A DNA stretch of 64,000 bases from an uncultured Clostridia bacterium (GTDB lineage Bacteria; Bacillota; Clostridia; Christensenellales; Borkfalkiaceae). Position numbers and translations under genes: made by a program. The notes below the pieces were generated by a model that saw only the letters and a list, made by a program, of their open reading frames with translations, was not told the origin of the DNA and did no database searches. The DNA lies in the NCBI GenBank assembly GCA_947629665.1, contig CANREJ010000001.1:31235-95234 (forward strand), given 5' to 3'. Below, in pieces: positions 63,763-64,000 of this stretch; positions within the stretch are counted from its first letter, which is position 1, and every line of letters starts with the position of its first letter.

Positions 63763-63832
63763 ATAACACCTCTTCGGCTAAAATAATTCTATCATGAATA
63801 TTAAAAAAAATCAATTTTTTATATTATAATGT

Positions 63833-63861
63833 TTGACTTAAAATAATACTGTTTATAAAAT
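63833..63861 (+). promoter_or_regulatory. Sigma-A promoter for groES
   Basis: TTGACT, 17 nt, TAAAAT. Confidence 0.5.
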
Positions 63862-63897
63862 ATTTGTGATTAAAATGATTGTTCGGAGGAATTAACA

Positions 63898-64000
63898 ATG
63901 ACTATTAAACCTTTATTTGATAAAGTGGTTGTTGAAGGGCTCAAAGCCGAAGAAAAGACCAAAAGCGGTCTTTACCTCACTGCCGCTTCACAGGAAAAGC
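63898..64000 (+). CDS. groES: Co-chaperonin GroES, 3'-truncated by the window edge
   Basis: GGAGGA lies 7 nt before the ATG. Sequence MTIKPLFDKVVVEGLKAEEKTKSGLYLT... Confidence 0.9.
   Translation, partial: MTIKPLFDKVVVEGLKAEEKTKSGLYLTAASQEK

Overview
This looks like a core chromosomal segment of a Firmicutes genome, probably Clostridia-like. The evidence is T-box and L20-leader attenuators, a glgBCDAP operon, whiA, an IspH-S1 fusion, sigma-A type TTGACA-N17-TATAAT promoters and GGAGG ribosome-binding sites. I call about 60 protein genes: DNA repair (uvrC, mutS2, two base-repair genes, lexA), translation (leuS, thrS, infC-rpmI-rplT, tRNA-Thr, tRNA-Trp), dnaE, pfkA, glycogen metabolism, htpG, a cmk-plsC-ispH/rpsA operon, a Na+-translocating biotin decarboxylase cluster, and proC, purB, ppiB and the start of groES. 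I saw no CRISPR array, IS element, rRNA or prophage. The main findings are these. (1) Gene orientation switches convergently at about 35.8 kb. At the switch sit an XerS-like tyrosine recombinase with a promoter that predicts a leaderless mRNA, and an upstream 16-6-16 bp perfect palindrome. Together these suggest a replication terminus with a dif-like dimer-resolution locus. (2) An SOS (Cheo) box lies between lexA and a divergent, translationally coupled pair: an 8-Cys acidic microprotein and a GNAT. (3) The decarboxylase cluster combines an OadA/5S-type carboxyltransferase with an acyl-CoA-type carboxyltransferase homologue whose glycine motifs look degenerate. (4) An XRE plus zinc-ribbon membrane protein cassette is insulated by terminators and has a perfect palindromic operator in the promoter spacer. 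(5) AroH chorismate mutase is fused to cytidylate kinase. All homology calls rest on motifs I recognised by eye. No database search and no numerical GC or skew computation was possible.
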